Positions 63,619-64,000 of a DNA stretch of 64,000 bases are shown here, one piece after another (position 1 is the stretch's first letter; each line of letters starts with the position of its first letter). The DNA comes from Pseudovirgaria hyperparasitica (taxonomy: Eukaryota). The notes beneath the pieces were generated by a model that made no database searches, was not told the DNA's origin, and was given only the letters and a program-made list of their open reading frames with translations. The translations under genes were made by a program, and so were the position numbers. The DNA lies in the NCBI GenBank assembly GCA_010093815.1, contig ML996567.1; one strand, given 5' to 3'.

Positions 63619-64000
63619 CTACTTGATCTCCACGACGACCTTACCTCTCACATTCCCCCTCGCCACCTTCTCTAACGCCTTCTTCATATCACTAAACGCA
63701 AATACACTGTCGACAGTGACTTCCTCCGGCCTCAACTCTACGGCCTCAGCCAACCACGTTACATTCTTCTCAAAGATGATACAGTCGTACCTGCCCAGCA
63801 CCCCGAGCCATCCCAATACCCAACGCACCAGCATACGTGGATGTGTTAAGTACAACATGCTTCCCCCAATCAACGTCCGATCCGTCTTGTCGCCCACTAT
63901 CGTCACGTATCTCCTTGTGATCCCAATGCAATCTGACCCACCTACGCAGTCGATGACTGCATCTGGTGCAAAAGCTCGCACGCCATCTGGCACCGAATCT
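63619..64000 (-). CDS. C-terminal part of an MDR-family (Yim1/RTN4IP1-like) oxidoreductase; 5' part lies beyond the window
   Basis: IDCVGG, YVTIVGDKT, VDSVFAFSD..KALEKVARGNVRGKVVVEI*. Confidence 0.85.
   Translation of the reverse strand, partial: DSVPDGVRAFAPDAVIDCVGGSDCIGITRRYVTIVGDKTDRTLIGGSMLYLTHPRMLVRWVLGWLGVLGRYDCIIFEKNVTWLAEAVELRPEEVTVDSVFAFSDMKKALEKVARGNVRGKVVVEIK

Overview
Intron-containing genomic DNA from a filamentous ascomycete (Pezizomycotina-type genes; mostly 50-65 nt GT-AG introns with CTRAY branch points; one 10-N assembly gap). About 22 protein genes can be reconstructed by hand. Housekeeping genes: TRM10, NDUFA13/GRIM-19, a 5-exon prefoldin-6 absent from the ORF track, VPS4, DOP1, MTQ2, SDH7/ACN9, DHR2 and aldose 1-epimerase. 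Also present: two transcription factors (C2H2 and Zn2Cys6), two SDRs, a LETM1-like protein, an HNH-domain protein, an NmrA-like pseudogene and several orphans. No tRNA, rRNA, CRISPR array or intact transposon was recognised. The most interesting signals are: (1) an unusually long, structured NDUFA13 intron holding a candidate cassette exon whose possible 5' splice site lies in mutually exclusive base-pairings, resembling an RNA-controlled splicing switch; (2) an adjacent unannotated spliced minus-strand unit with a 15-nt micro-exon and hairpin-rich introns; (3) a tandem pair of deeply diverged orphan paralogues with shared N- and C-terminal domains; (4) a small 6-Cys secreted peptide and a small CaaX-terminated Cys/His protein. 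All calls come from manual reading with no database searches.
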